Source: Bispira polyomma
Lineage: Eukaryota
Assembly: GCA_965649765.1 (NCBI GenBank)
Contig: OZ287757.1
Coordinates: 23,126,001-23,190,000, forward strand
DNA: 64,000 nt
Reading direction: 5' to 3'
The notes under the pieces were generated by a model. It did no database searches, was not told the DNA's origin, and was given only the letters and a program-made list of their open reading frames with translations. Shown piece after piece: positions 1-12,500 of this stretch (position 1 is its first letter; the number at the start of each line of letters is the position of its first letter). The position numbers and the translations under genes were made by a program.

Positions 1-2150
1 ACAAACACCTTGTGAAGAAAAAAAAAAGACTTTAGAAAAAAACCCTCAGTCAATAGAATTAAACAGACTGAGTGAATAATAAATAGTGGTACAAAGGGAA
101 ATACCTATAAAATAACAGTCACACACATATCAACTAACTGAAGAAAGAGGATTCTTAAAATGGAAAGGGTTGAAATACTGGGTACAGTTTTCTATAGTCA
201 GTGTTTTTATGTCCTGGGATACTTAAAATAACTTGCATCAAATAAATGAACCGATAAAAAAATACACACAAGATTGTCTTGGTATGTCTGGTCTAAAAAT
301 GTTGTGGTTTTGTACTTGAGGTGACAGCCATACAGGCAGCCAAACAACCAACCAACCATACAACCACATACACACACAAACTCACTGATGGATGGATGGG
401 CATGAGCAGGGATTTTGACGTTTTATGAATACCCACGTTTTATAGTGGCAGCTTTGTGTGTGTTAATATAATTTATTTTGAAAGAAGTTCAGGTTATAAA
501 AAATGAGAGAAGAAACACTCGATCTGTTATGTGTTTTTTGGTTGTTATTAAATCTATTTTTGTGATTGATGATGATGTGAACGGATAAAATATATGAAGG
601 AGCAAAGATTTACAGTTTAATGTTGGGTAATTGTTTGAATATTATTTACAACCTGTATTTATCATTCTGACATCATATATACTTCACGATATAACAGTTG
701 GATATCTATTTCCCAGGGTTTAATGTAACTGTTAAATTAATCGTTTTTAAAACAACTGAAAAAAGATGGATTCGGATTATCAATCTAGGAGGTGAGATGG
801 CCTAATATTTCTTACTGGTTAAATATTTCAACCCGTAAATATTTAGAAAGTATTATATGTATAAATTGAAACAGTATCATCATTACAGTATGATATTAAA
901 GAGATGAAGAACTTTTACTATTGTATTATAGGATGTTATTTTAACAACATTAAATATGTAAACATATGGTACAAATGACTTATATATAACAACAGTGTTT
1001 AGTTCTTTTTACCTGACAGGTATATGTAAAACATTAGTCTTTCTTGTGGCTCAACTTTTTAAAAAAAAATCTCCATTTATTTGTCACTAAATCTGAATAT
1101 GTAATACATTTAATTTGGCATGGTCCACCAATGTTTCTGGTTATATATGAACACATAATGCCAAATTGAATGTGTACATATTATAAAAAGAGTCTTAAAT
1201 GTACCAAAACTTGAGCCGCCGTCAAACAAGGCTCGTCAAACCTTCATGTTCCCTTTGTTACGAGAATCTTGCCTGACCACACTTTGTGAAGTACATGTAC
1301 TTTGTTGTTTTAACACGTGTACACCTGATTAACAGCTTGGTATTATAACAGGGAGACAGCCCTAGCCTTGCCTATAATTGGCATTTTAGCACTTTTAATA
1401 TTGAAACTCTGAAAAAAACTCTGTCATGTAATGCCCGTTTACATATCGGCAGTGTGGTAGGTGGAACCAAAAAGTAGCAGAAGATACTCAAAGACAAGAT
1501 TAAATGAAATTATAGATAGGGTGTTTCATGCTACAGGACAATTTTCAAAATGTCTCTTAACACGTCTCTATTCCGTTATAGAGTGAACACCACATAAGGT
1601 CCTCTCCCACACTTCAATCTCCTTCTGTCCCTGTGGACGACCTTGGAACTATACACCGCATGATAATACAGTGCCTTAGAATTTGCTGTTTGCCCCAAAC
1701 AGAAGCAGTTTGATTGCTGTATATTGGGAAAGTGTGATAATTGTAATAGTAAGTCTTAATTGTAGTTACCTGAATGAAGTAGACCAAATAACACAATATG
1801 TAAAATACATTACTCCATAGCTCCCAAACCGATAAATGCATATTCTGAGCCACTTACTAACCATACATAGCTCCCAAACTGATACCAATACATCCTATAA
1901 GCCACTTATTCACCAGGAATAGTTCCTACTCATACAGCACAGCATTGTACACTAATAATTAATCTACTCACTGTATTTTTTCTTTCCTGGGTTTTGCAAT
2001 CTTATGGTGACATCTTGGTCAATGATTTGATCCCCCAAAATGACCACTGTGACATTAACTAGAGTTGATCCTGGGACCCTCTTGTCACCAGAATACTGAA
2101 CTGTTGGACCTTTTATTTCCCAAATATGGAGTTTTATTCTGAGAAAATCT

Positions 2151-2231
2151 TCAGTGGCAGTATTCACAAAAAGGGCTCAGTCCTAAATCTAACACAAAAC
2201 TATACTAGATCCTTTTTGAATACCGTCACTG
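2151..2231. mobile_element. Short hairpin MITE
   Basis: cagtggcagtattcacaaaaagg ... cctttttgaataccgtcactg inverted repeat; similar termini at 19183-19405. Confidence 0.55.
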
Positions 2232-2234
2232 CAT

Positions 2235-2492
2235 GGGGGACGCTGTGGCCTAGTGGTTAGCAACCATGGCGTTTTACAATCACTGGTCTCTCACCTCTGG
2301 GATCGACTCGTGTGGGTTCGACTTCCGTTGATGCCTATGTGGGAAAGGTGATACTATCTTACTGTGGGTCGCTGGTTTAAGTGCAGAACCTTGATCAACT
2401 CTATGCAGTGTTTCCTCCAACGTTTCCAACTACCCGTCCCAATATCTCCTAAACAGGAACTAGAGTGGATGTTAAATATCCCAATTAAAAAA
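2235..2492 (+). mobile_element. tRNA-derived SINE, family A
   Basis: A-box tggcctagtgg, B-box ggttcgac, body shared with 7956-8203 and 38899-39159, A-rich end. Confidence 0.85.
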
Positions 2493-4527
2493 GCCTCCCC
2501 TCCATAGTAAGGTACCTTATGAGTGTGTACTAGTATTTATTACCACCATCCAGAAAGTTATGTTTTTGTCCCTGTCTGTTTGTTGGTGTGTTTGGTTGCA
2601 GACTTACTAAAAAAATCTACTGTTCCGATTTTGACCAAACTTTTGAAAGGGCTAGGGCATGGATTAAGGAGGAAATCATTACATTTTGGTGCAGATTCCG
2701 ATAAAGTAATTACTGAGTACCTACTGTACATTATACCTCGAAAACTACCAGGAAGTATGTGTTTTAGGTCAGATAACTTATTCATCTACTTCTTCATAAG
2801 CTATTGGATGGCCGACATTGTTGCTAACACAGACCTTTTTTTATTTTCTATCCCATGGCGGCAGGTAATCTAATCTAATCTAACTTTTCTAGTGCTTAAT
2901 CTCTGTACTGGCGGATTCTAAGGTGCATGAGACAGGAAAATCATTTTCAACATTTTATATAGCCATAGAACGTACAGGGGTGAGGACCATAGAGGGGTAT
3001 GCACTCTACTAAGTGTTTAATTACATTATTGCCTCTCTGTCAATCTTGAGCCTTTGACAAGACTAGGTGAGTCATGCTATTTGAGATAAAGGCAAGGGGG
3101 GGTGAGGCCCTGAAGGTATGCATACACTTGACTGTTAATTTAGTGGAGATAAGAAAGCATGTACAACATGATCAAACACTGTACATAACATATATACATG
3201 TACCTCCATGTAGGGTATACTGATAATATACATTTCACAACATGACATATAACAAGGTCTTTATAACCAAACATTTACTAGCCTTTATCAAGACTCAGAA
3301 AAAAAAGCCAAATTATATATTGCAAATTAATCGAACTAATGTGGCTACTATGTTAGCCTTGCACTGTTCATAAGTAGGGCCATTGAGCCAACTGTTGTTT
3401 TGGCATAAAATTGCCTCATTGTGTTAAATTAGTTTTGTGCTCTCATTTGTGCATATACTTAGATTAGTATTTTAAATAGTAGAAATCATAATATAATTAA
3501 TTTTTGTTATCAATTCTTCTAGTTATCTTACATATTTGAGAGTGTGCATTAAATGACAAAACGGTGTGGTTAAACTAAAAATAATGCCCACATGACTAAT
3601 GTATTTTACCACAGAGGAAATATTCGCCGTGAGGCAGGCTAAATAATTATTCTCATAAATCAATGGCTCTGGCTTTTGCCAGTTTACTACATAAATTTAT
3701 TATGACCTTAAACAGTTATTTCCATAATATACTAGTACATTCATTCTGGACACATTAACACAATCTATATAATAAATTTTATTAAACAACCGAACCTCAA
3801 CTAGCCATGTGTGAAATATACAATACAAGTGACCATTTAGTCCAACCAAACAATTACTAAAGTTATGTGGTAAGACTTTACTTTATCACTTGTGCTTTGG
3901 GGAACGTGCATTAGGACATTAATGCTTTGATTTCTTTCTTTTATATGAGGAAGGAATTTTGATAAGTACATTCTTTTAAGTTTAATCACCTGATGTTTTT
4001 ATAATTGTATATAACAATTGACATTTAACATATGTTTGTGCATGCGTGGTGTTAGATTACATTTATTTGTACCTAATTAAATATATTATTTGTATAAACA
4101 AACTGAAATACACTGTATATGTTGGTGTGATACAAGTTCGCAGCCTTATATTTTATACAATAAACCCAGAGGCAAGTTCTCTATTATACATGACTGTATT
4201 AAATGAAATACAGCCTACATTTGAGAGTACATTGTATAGAAGATATATGAAAAGTCAATTGTCATAACTTTGGATTATTTATTAAAAGACGATTTTACTA
4301 CTAACAGGTAAGTTAATATTTTGACATGGGGGAAATGAAGGTTTTGAAGGAAAATGAATATATGTTTGTTTCCTATTTAATAATATTCGTTATGTAGATA
4401 AAAAAAAGAAAAACTGAGAATATATAAACAGTTTGAACTACAAAACTATGTACAAACATTTAACTAAAATATTGTTTTAGTTGAAATTCATATCGTTTCA
4501 ACAACTTAATTAGTTTGTATCCAAACA

Positions 4528-4690
4528 GCCAGTGGAAGAAACAAGTGCTTAAGCACTCATGCACTGCAAATCACCAGCCTACAGCAAGTACCTGACAAAC
4601 TTTCCTAGATGAAGGAACAAACAGGATTCAAACCCACATTGGTGAGAGGCCAGTGAAGCTAATGCTTCTAACCACTAGGCCACTGCAGAC
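4528..4690 (-). mobile_element. tRNA-derived SINE, family B (older)
   Basis: agtacctgacaaactttcc..atgaaggaacaaacaggattcaaacccacattggtgag...taaccactaggccac; related copies listed separately. Confidence 0.75.
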
Positions 4691-5519
4691 TGCATGTTAT
4701 AAAAAAGAAGTATTTACAGTTAATTTAACTAACATTCTGATATTAAGTTAGTCATAATGGACATTGAGAGAACATGCATATAAATTACAGGAATTTGTAT
4801 CTGCAGTCGTACCCCTTTAAGTAGAACTATTTTATGTCAATGTCCCTGTTGTAGTAACACAACATTAAGTAGAACTGATGCTTAAGTAGAGGCATTTCCA
4901 TTGGTCCCTTGCTCTTCGACTTAAAGGGGTTCAACTGTAATGCAATCCAAATATGAAGAAAATATTGAAATTCAGATTTTAATATTACATGTACATATTT
5001 CTTTTGTAGACGTTTGCAGGATTGATATATTCATAGAATTATACATTACGACCAATCTGTGAAATTGCCTATTTTTCAGAGGGCGCATTTACATATACAT
5101 GTACATGTTTATTGATATTCAGTCTGACGGATTTTAAGACCAATATAGTGTTAGTCAATAATATAGATAAAACCAAAATGGCCATGTATTCAGATAGTGT
5201 AATAAACCTTTATTGATGGAACATCAATGTATATTTCTGACAGAAAATAGAGCCAGAAAGAAAGCAATAAACCTAACACAACAGCTACAACAAATCTCTG
5301 GATCTCTGACATTATTTGTCAATGTCCTCCCTCAGATAGTTTGATTTGTGTTGCATTGACAGGCTGGATGGATTGTGTTTCTATTGTAGGCTATGCTGGT
5401 CCGTGGTAACACACAACTACTTTGCTTTAAAAACTGCACTTGCTACTGATTGAGTCCCATATAATATTCAAAGTAAATGTCCTCAAAGTCCCATTTAATA
5501 TTCAAAGTAAATGTCCTCA

Positions 5520-5900
5520 ATTTTAAGGCTGCCTATGTTCAGTAGCCAGTGAAGTTATCATCTATGTTATCTCCCAGTAATCTTATCAGAGGTGACCTGA
5601 CTTCTCACCTCAAAAACTAGCAAGTTCAAAATCATTTAAAGTTGCAGCACCTAGTAAGTGAAATAGTTTCCCTGTCTGTCTTTGCACTGAGACAAGGATT
5701 TCAGGCTTTAGAAAATAAAGTCGAAACACATCTATATCAACTCACTTTTCCGCTAATAGTCGTTTGCTGGTTATGACTGACCTCTGATCACGAACCTTTT
5801 CTCCTATCGGACTATTATTTTGCATATTGACTGGGATGTGCGCTACAGAGAATAACTGATAATTGATTGTGATGCGATAGAAGTAAAAACATTAAAATTA
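5520..5900 (+). mobile_element. L2-type LINE 3' fragment
   Basis: Decayed SFKVAAPSK*NSFP...ETHLY ORF2 terminus followed by a tail also seen at 37365-37485 and ~45995-46090. Confidence 0.6.
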
Positions 5901-6029
5901 TAGATTTTATATATCTGTATATATATTTAATTTACATGTACATCCTTTACACAGCCAATGCGTTGGTTTTGCCTTGCATTTTGGGTGTTCAGAATCATAC
6001 CCAATGTGTAGCACCAATGTGTAGTTTGC

Positions 6030-6390
6030 GAAGACATTTTTGTTTCCACGTTGACAGAATAGATACGGTTGTTCTATTTCTAGACCCGAGTCCCGACTGC
6101 ACAAGGTGTTATGTTTCCTTTTACATATTTGTAATTACTTACACCAGTCTTCTTTTAAAATACTTTTTTTGTTTCCACATTTTGACAGAATGGATAATGT
6201 TTTTCTATTTCTAGACCGAGTCCCCACTTCACAAGTGAACGTCCTATGTTAACTTTCTTTTACATACTGGTAACTCCTTCCGCCAGTCTTTTTTAAAAGG
6301 CATTTCTTGTTTGCATATTGACGGAATGGATACTGTTTTTTTTTCTATTTCTAGACCCGAGTCTCCACTCCACAAGGTCCTATGTTGTAT
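6030..6390 (+). repeat. Tandem triplication (~131-140 bp) of the exon-1 acceptor junction
   Basis: ttctatttctag|ac(c)cgagtc..cact.cacaag recurs with AG ending at 6083, 6214 and 6354. Confidence 0.9.
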
Positions 6391-6391
6391 C

Positions 6392-6571
6392 ATGCCCTCG
6401 GGTACCAGCTCAGTCCCCCTCCTCACTGGCGGCAACAAGACGGATTGTGGTCTGAAGAACCTGCTGACGTCACTAAATGACGTCACACAGCAAAGGCCAA
6501 ACTGTAAGGATTTGGATTACGAGTTCTTGAAGAACATGCTGGAAAGTCCCGATATACAGAGCTTATTAAAG
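6392..6571 (+). CDS. MPP7: MPP7-like coding exon 1 (L27N)
   Basis: Acceptor ttctatttctag ends 6354; ATG at 6392; MPSGTSSVP...IQSLLK; donor AAG|gtaaac at 6572. Confidence 0.88.
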
Positions 6572-9500
6572 GTAAACAGGGTTCATTCATGAATTGGCAA
6601 GTGAGTTGAAATCAGTGATTTCATTGTTTATGCATGTTCATTCAGTTAGTGACGTCATACAATATATATAAAAGCACAACTGTAAGAACATGCTTGAAAG
6701 ACGCGATCTGCAGAGTTTATACTAAAGGTAAAAAGGGTTAATTTATGAATTGCCAAGTGAATTGAAATCACCGATTTCATTGTTTATGCCTGCATGGTGG
6801 CATCAGCGAATAAGTAAGTGACGTCATATACAATAAAGAAGCAGAACTGCGACAACATTATTGTAAAAATGCGTTCTAGAGAGTTTATATTGAAGGTAAA
6901 GAGGGTTCATTTATATATTGCCAAGTAATTTCATTCTTTATGCCTTGATGACATCACTGAGTGAGTGACGTCATAAAATAGCAGCACAACTGTAAAACAT
7001 TCTTGGAAGACGAAATCTGCATTATTTAATTGAAGGTAATTATAAAGAGTAGGTATTACTTTGATTTAATTTTCTCTAGTCACCCGTGGTGTAATGTAGG
7101 AGAGCATAATGATTTTTAATTTTGGCTGGAAAATTATTAGTGCAAGCAATCGATGAAAATGACCATATTTAAGATACTTGTGCTGCAAAACCTGCTTAAA
7201 ATATTCTTAAAATATTCATAGTTAAATTTACCTAAAATACAACATCAATATAATACATCACATTAAAAGTTTTCCAGGGTTCTTGGTGGCCTAATAGTTC
7301 GAACTTTCCACTTCACAATCATGTCTGAGGTTCAAATCCCAGTGTTCATGCTTCATGTGAATGTAAGGACCCTGGAAAAAATAATACTGCTTACAATTCG
7401 ATATAGAAATAACTCCACTGGTTTTCTCCACAGAAAATTTTGCCATTGCAGTATAAACTAATATATTATAAGTGAAATGAAAAAAAATAAATCAACCCAA
7501 CCATAGAATTTGATATTAGATTTATGTCGCTTTTAACAGCTTAGGTTATATCATGATGGCAAGTTTCAGTGGTCGAAGAAACCACCAACCTACAACAAAT
7601 ACCTGACAAACTTTCCCACATGAAGGAATGAACAGGATAAAAACTCTCATTGGTGTAAGACCTGTGATAGTTAAGCGAGCACTTCTTACCACTAGGTTAC
7701 CATGGCCCTACCCAACCATAGAAGTTTTCTTTTACACAAATTTAGGCTCTAATAAAAAGTATGCTATTCCTCCTATAGGTCCATGAGAAAGTGACCACTC
7801 CTGATGAGCCTGAACCAAGGGCAGCCATGTCGTCAAGTTCTGCTGTGAGGAAAGACCTTGTGGAAGATTTAGAGATCAGTTCATATGGACAGGAGAGGAA
7901 GGATTTACTGGCTGTCCTGAGTAGTCCACATGTAAAGGTATAAATAGAACTGAGTTTGAATTTAAATTGGGATATTTAACGTCCACTCTAGTACTTGTTT
8001 ATTGGGATGGGTACTTGGAAACGCTGGAGGAAACACTGTATACAGTTGATCAAGGTTCTGCACTGAAACCAGAAGCCCACAGTAAAGAACTACCACCTTT
8101 CCCACATTGGCATCGACAGGAGTCGAACTCACGCTGCCCAGAGGAGAGAAACCAGTGATTGTAAAGCGCAATGCTTGCTAACCACTAGGCCACCGCGGCC
8201 CCCAAATAGAACTGAGTAGTCCACATATACAGGTATAAATAGAACTGAGTAGTCCACATATGCAGGTATAAATAGAACTGAGTAGTCCACATACAGAGGT
8301 ATAAATAGAAATGAATAGTCCACATGTAAAGATGTAAATATAACTGAGTAGTCCACATACAAAGGTATAAATAGAACTGAGTAGTCCATGTACAAAGGTA
8401 TAAATAGGACGTCTGGCTATAAATAAAACTGCCGTCCGTACTAAGTACTCTACATGTAGGTTGTTAAACTGAGTTCACAAAATCATATATTCGGATAATA
8501 AAAGTTTGAATTATAAAAGTGAGTGAGTATGCTGTTGTAACATATTAAAAGTGTGTGAGTCTGCTGTTGTAACATATTATCTTTTGATCCCTACCTATCA
8601 TACACAGTGTCTCCTAGAAGCTCATGACCAAGTCGCTGCAAAGAAATTCCTGCCGATTCTCCCTGAGATTCCACATGAAGTGGACGAGGATGACGGAGTG
8701 TGTGTCAAGGTCGTACAGCTGGTCAAAGGGGACACAGAGCCTCTGGTAAGATGGCAATGGTAAACTTGGCTCTATTTCCGGTACTGATCGCTAGTTTATT
8801 TTAGTGGGATAACCATCCTTGGAGAACATGGAAACACAAGTTTGCTTAGTGGGTCGGATGACCACTTAAAATGGCGGTCCTGTGTCACTGAGTATTATAT
8901 CTGGTGGCAGATTAAAGATCCTTGGGGACGTTTATAAATGGTCATTCTCAAGCAAGCCTCGGCATCCACAGTGGCAGCCCATGAAGAAGCTTATTTGACA
9001 TTACCTGGTGTTGTATAAGTGTGTTATAACAAATGTCACAGTTTATTTCGAACTTACAGTATTTTTCTCACAACAAGAATACGAAGCCATAGTAATATAT
9101 ATAACAAAAGTAATTTACATCACCCCAAGCTTTGTTTTGACTAAAAGGAGTCAAGTATTGCAATTTCTATAAATACACAATAGAACCCCTATTTATGTGA
9201 AAATGTTGGGAGAGCAATATTTTGTTTCAGATAATAGGTTCCTATAATAGAAGAGGCCAGTAACTTGCATTAGCCACTGATAAAATGTAATTATTATGCT
9301 TATGTAGGTCATAAAGCTACCAAAACTTGCACAAGTTCTTTACTATTTTAACCGATCTTACTAAGTCACATATATGTAACGTCACAATTGCTACCACAAA
9401 AAAATAACTTTAAATTCATATTTAGAAACTATCGAGGCAGTATTCTGAGCATTATTTGTGGTTCTCCCCTTAGGGTGCCACCATTCAGATGCAGGAAGGA

Positions 9501-12500
9501 GAGAACACCTCAGTGAGGGTTGCTAGGGTCATGCATGGTGGGGCGGCAGACAGAGCAGGTGAGTTAAAGAGACTGACTGACTGATACGAGTAATGTCACC
9601 ACTGCATGTATTTCTTAACATTTTAAATCGAGAATTCAAAATTTGCCTGGTTGCACATAAATGCTTTTGAATATAATCAACTAATCTATCTTAGTCAGTT
9701 TTGTTATTAAGAATCGTCGGGTGTTGTTGATTCGAGGGTCTTGTAAATTCGATATTTGCTGATTTTGTTCAATAACCAAATGTGTTTTATATCTCTTACA
9801 TTACAAAATAATATAGTAACATCTCTAGATTAAATACAGTTTCAATTTTCGCCAAAAACAATCTTTTTCAATGTGAAATAAGCCCAAAAAGAAATGGTTA
9901 AAAGTCGCGAATCTACGAGACACAAGGCAATTATAAAAACAAATCACTAATCTCTTTACTTTTGTATTTTGATTACAGGCGTGTTTGAGATAGGTGACCA
10001 GGTGAAGGAGGTGAATGGTCTGACCATGGAAGGGAAGACACCCTCACAAGTACTGCACATGTTGTCTAAAACCACGGGTACCATCAGCCTCAAACTGAGC
10101 TCAGTGGAGGGAGACCAGGGGGACAGGGAACACACCAAGGTCAGGGTCACACACAGACCAAGGTTTCTGTCTCCATTTCGTGGCTTTTGTATATAGCAAC
10201 CTGAGACTGAGCAGTTACCACGCATCATGTTTTATCTCCACTGGGAATTAGAGGGTGTATTTCGGCAGACATTGATATTAGGAATGGTGAATAATAAGTT
10301 CAATATTCAGTTCCATGCTTTATTCCTAATTAAACATGAGCAAAGCTGTGATACTAAGTTTAACTAACACACAATTTCCTCCTGTCCTGTAGTTCAACTA
10401 TAATTTGGGACTTTGTTTCATTCCCCAAACTAAACCAAAGCTAGAGTGAGTTCCAGGAGCCCAGTGTCCCTGGAACTGTGTTGAACACCGTTTAACTCAT
10501 AGGCTGCTTCTTGGTCCAATAAGAATTGAGACAAAATAGTGGTGTAAACCTGGTGTAGTTAATATTTGACAGGAAAGCACAGCTCCCATGTAGAATATTG
10601 TTTGTTTATGAAGCCTTTGTTTTTACAAAGGCAGTATGATATCACAATAAGCAAAACTTTACATGTCTTGACACAGCATATATATAATACAAAAAGAATC
10701 ATTTTTCCATGTAGTTTGTGGTTGTATTGATTAATCCAATAGCCGTACACAATTTAATAACCTATGGCCAACCTATAAATACACTTTAATTGTTTAATAA
10801 AATATCATTATTTAAAATTATTTCCGTATATTTCCCATTGTATAGAACATAGTAAACTACCGTGTCAGATTTGTGAAATTTTGCTTATGGCAACCACTCT
10901 TTCCCTCGCCGTGAATACCATTGGTAAAAATCTCATCGTCGAGACGTGGAGGACAGAAAACTCTGTCTTGTGTCAAGTTTAACCTTGGTGGCAAAGGTCA
11001 AAGTACCTAGTGTTTTGTTCATGCTAATTCTACTACAGCAGCAACAAGGATTAAATAAACTTGATGAGAATAACAAATCATCTGTTTCATTTTAATGGAA
11101 TTAAGATAATGATAACAGTAATGTATCATTAGGTTACAATGACTGTATTATTTAGGTTTTTAACTGTAGTCTTACTTTTTTTCTCCCCAACATACCACAG
11201 GTTTTCTTAGAGGGCATGTGTTATCGTTTTAACAAAACTAAAATATTCTAGTAATGAGAGTTGACATAATAATAACAACCAATAACTTCTGACAAACCAT
11301 GGATATACAGCCATACTAACACAAAGGTAAAGCCTTTGTGTTTTGACTCTTTCAAAAGTGATAAAATTTCATATACACCTGGTTTGGAGTGAGTTATGTT
11401 TCTAGATGAATGTTTTTCCATCTTTTTGGTCATCAAGAATATTCACGAAAACAGTTAATGAGTATACACTGAATATTTACGGAAGCTTTCGGCCAATCAT
11501 AAATGTGGGCGCAGCCGTGTGGTGTAAGAATAGAGGCTTTCAACTGTAATCTCTAATTTCCACCATTCCTCAAGGTCAAGGCCTGTTTTGCCTACGGTCC
11601 CTATGACAAACCTTACACGCTGTGTTAAAACACATTTCTACAATGGGCATCATTACAAGCTGGTAGATTGTCTTGTTTTAATTATGGCTTTTAATTTTAA
11701 TCTCTAAGTTTCTCCCTCCCCAGGTGAAAGTCAAGGTGAATGCCTGTTTTGACTACTACAGTCCCTATGACGACCCTTACATGCCGTGCCCCAAGGTTGG
11801 GCTTTAAGAAGAGGGACGTGTTGCACATATCCATGGTTCTGGGTTATTACACGCTTTGATTATCTTGTTTTAAATATTTTTACCTCTAATCACTAGTTTT
11901 CCCCTCTCCCCAGGTGAAGGTCAAGGCGTGTTTTGACTACAGTCCCTATGACAAGCCTTACACACCATGTTAAACACTCTAATGTTTCCCCTTTCTAGGT
12001 GAAGGTAAAGGCGTGTTTTGACTACAGTCCCTATGACAAGCCTCATACACCATGTTAAACACTCTAATGTTTCCCCTTTCTAGGTGAAGGTCAAGGCTTG
12101 TTTTGACTACAGTCCCTATGACAAGCCTCACGCACCATGTTAAACACTCTAATGTTTTCCCTCTCTAGGTGAAGGTCAAGGCCTGTTTTGACTACAGTCC
12201 TGATGACAAGCCTCATACACCATGTTAAACACTCTAATGTTTCCCCTCCCCAGGTGAAGGTCAAGCCTTGTTTTGACTACAGTCCCTATGACAAGCCTCA
12301 CACACCATATTAAAAACTCTAATGTTTCCCCTCTCTAGGTGAAGGTAAAGGCGTGTTTTGACTACAGTCCTGATGACAAGCCTCACACACCATGTTAAAC
12401 ACTCTAATGTTCCCCTCCCTAGGTGAAGGTCAAGGCCTGTTTTGACTACAGTCCCTATGACGACCCTTACACTCCATGTCCTGAGGCTGGGCTGGGCTTT

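Noticed and set aside
2235-2330. tRNA genes at the SINE heads (also 8130-8203 and 38899-38985)
   Set aside because: A/B boxes are present, but each continues into a shared ~170-bp body and tail, two have TSDs, and I could not build a full cloverleaf.
4300-4315. Perfect donor cag|gtaagt as the end of a 5' UTR exon of the MPP7-like gene
   Set aside because: Plausible, since exon 1 has an acceptor, but a single motif without transcript evidence is insufficient.
8129-8395. Repetitive ORFs in the track (also 12261-12533, 14561-14806, 22047-22313, 34826-35101, 40667-40879, 46665-46886, 50954-51253)
   Set aside because: They are translations of tandem repeats, with no splice or homology support.
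11914-12422. Regularly spaced repeats resembling a CRISPR array (also 8212-8409, 18711-19117, 34577-35520)
   Set aside because: Units are contiguous with no unique spacers, there are no cas genes, and the context is a spliced eukaryotic gene.
11724-12422. Dscam-like mutually exclusive exon cluster
   Set aside because: The copies are 5' stubs only. They end in an in-frame TAA and lack their own consensus donor, so they cannot substitute for the exon.
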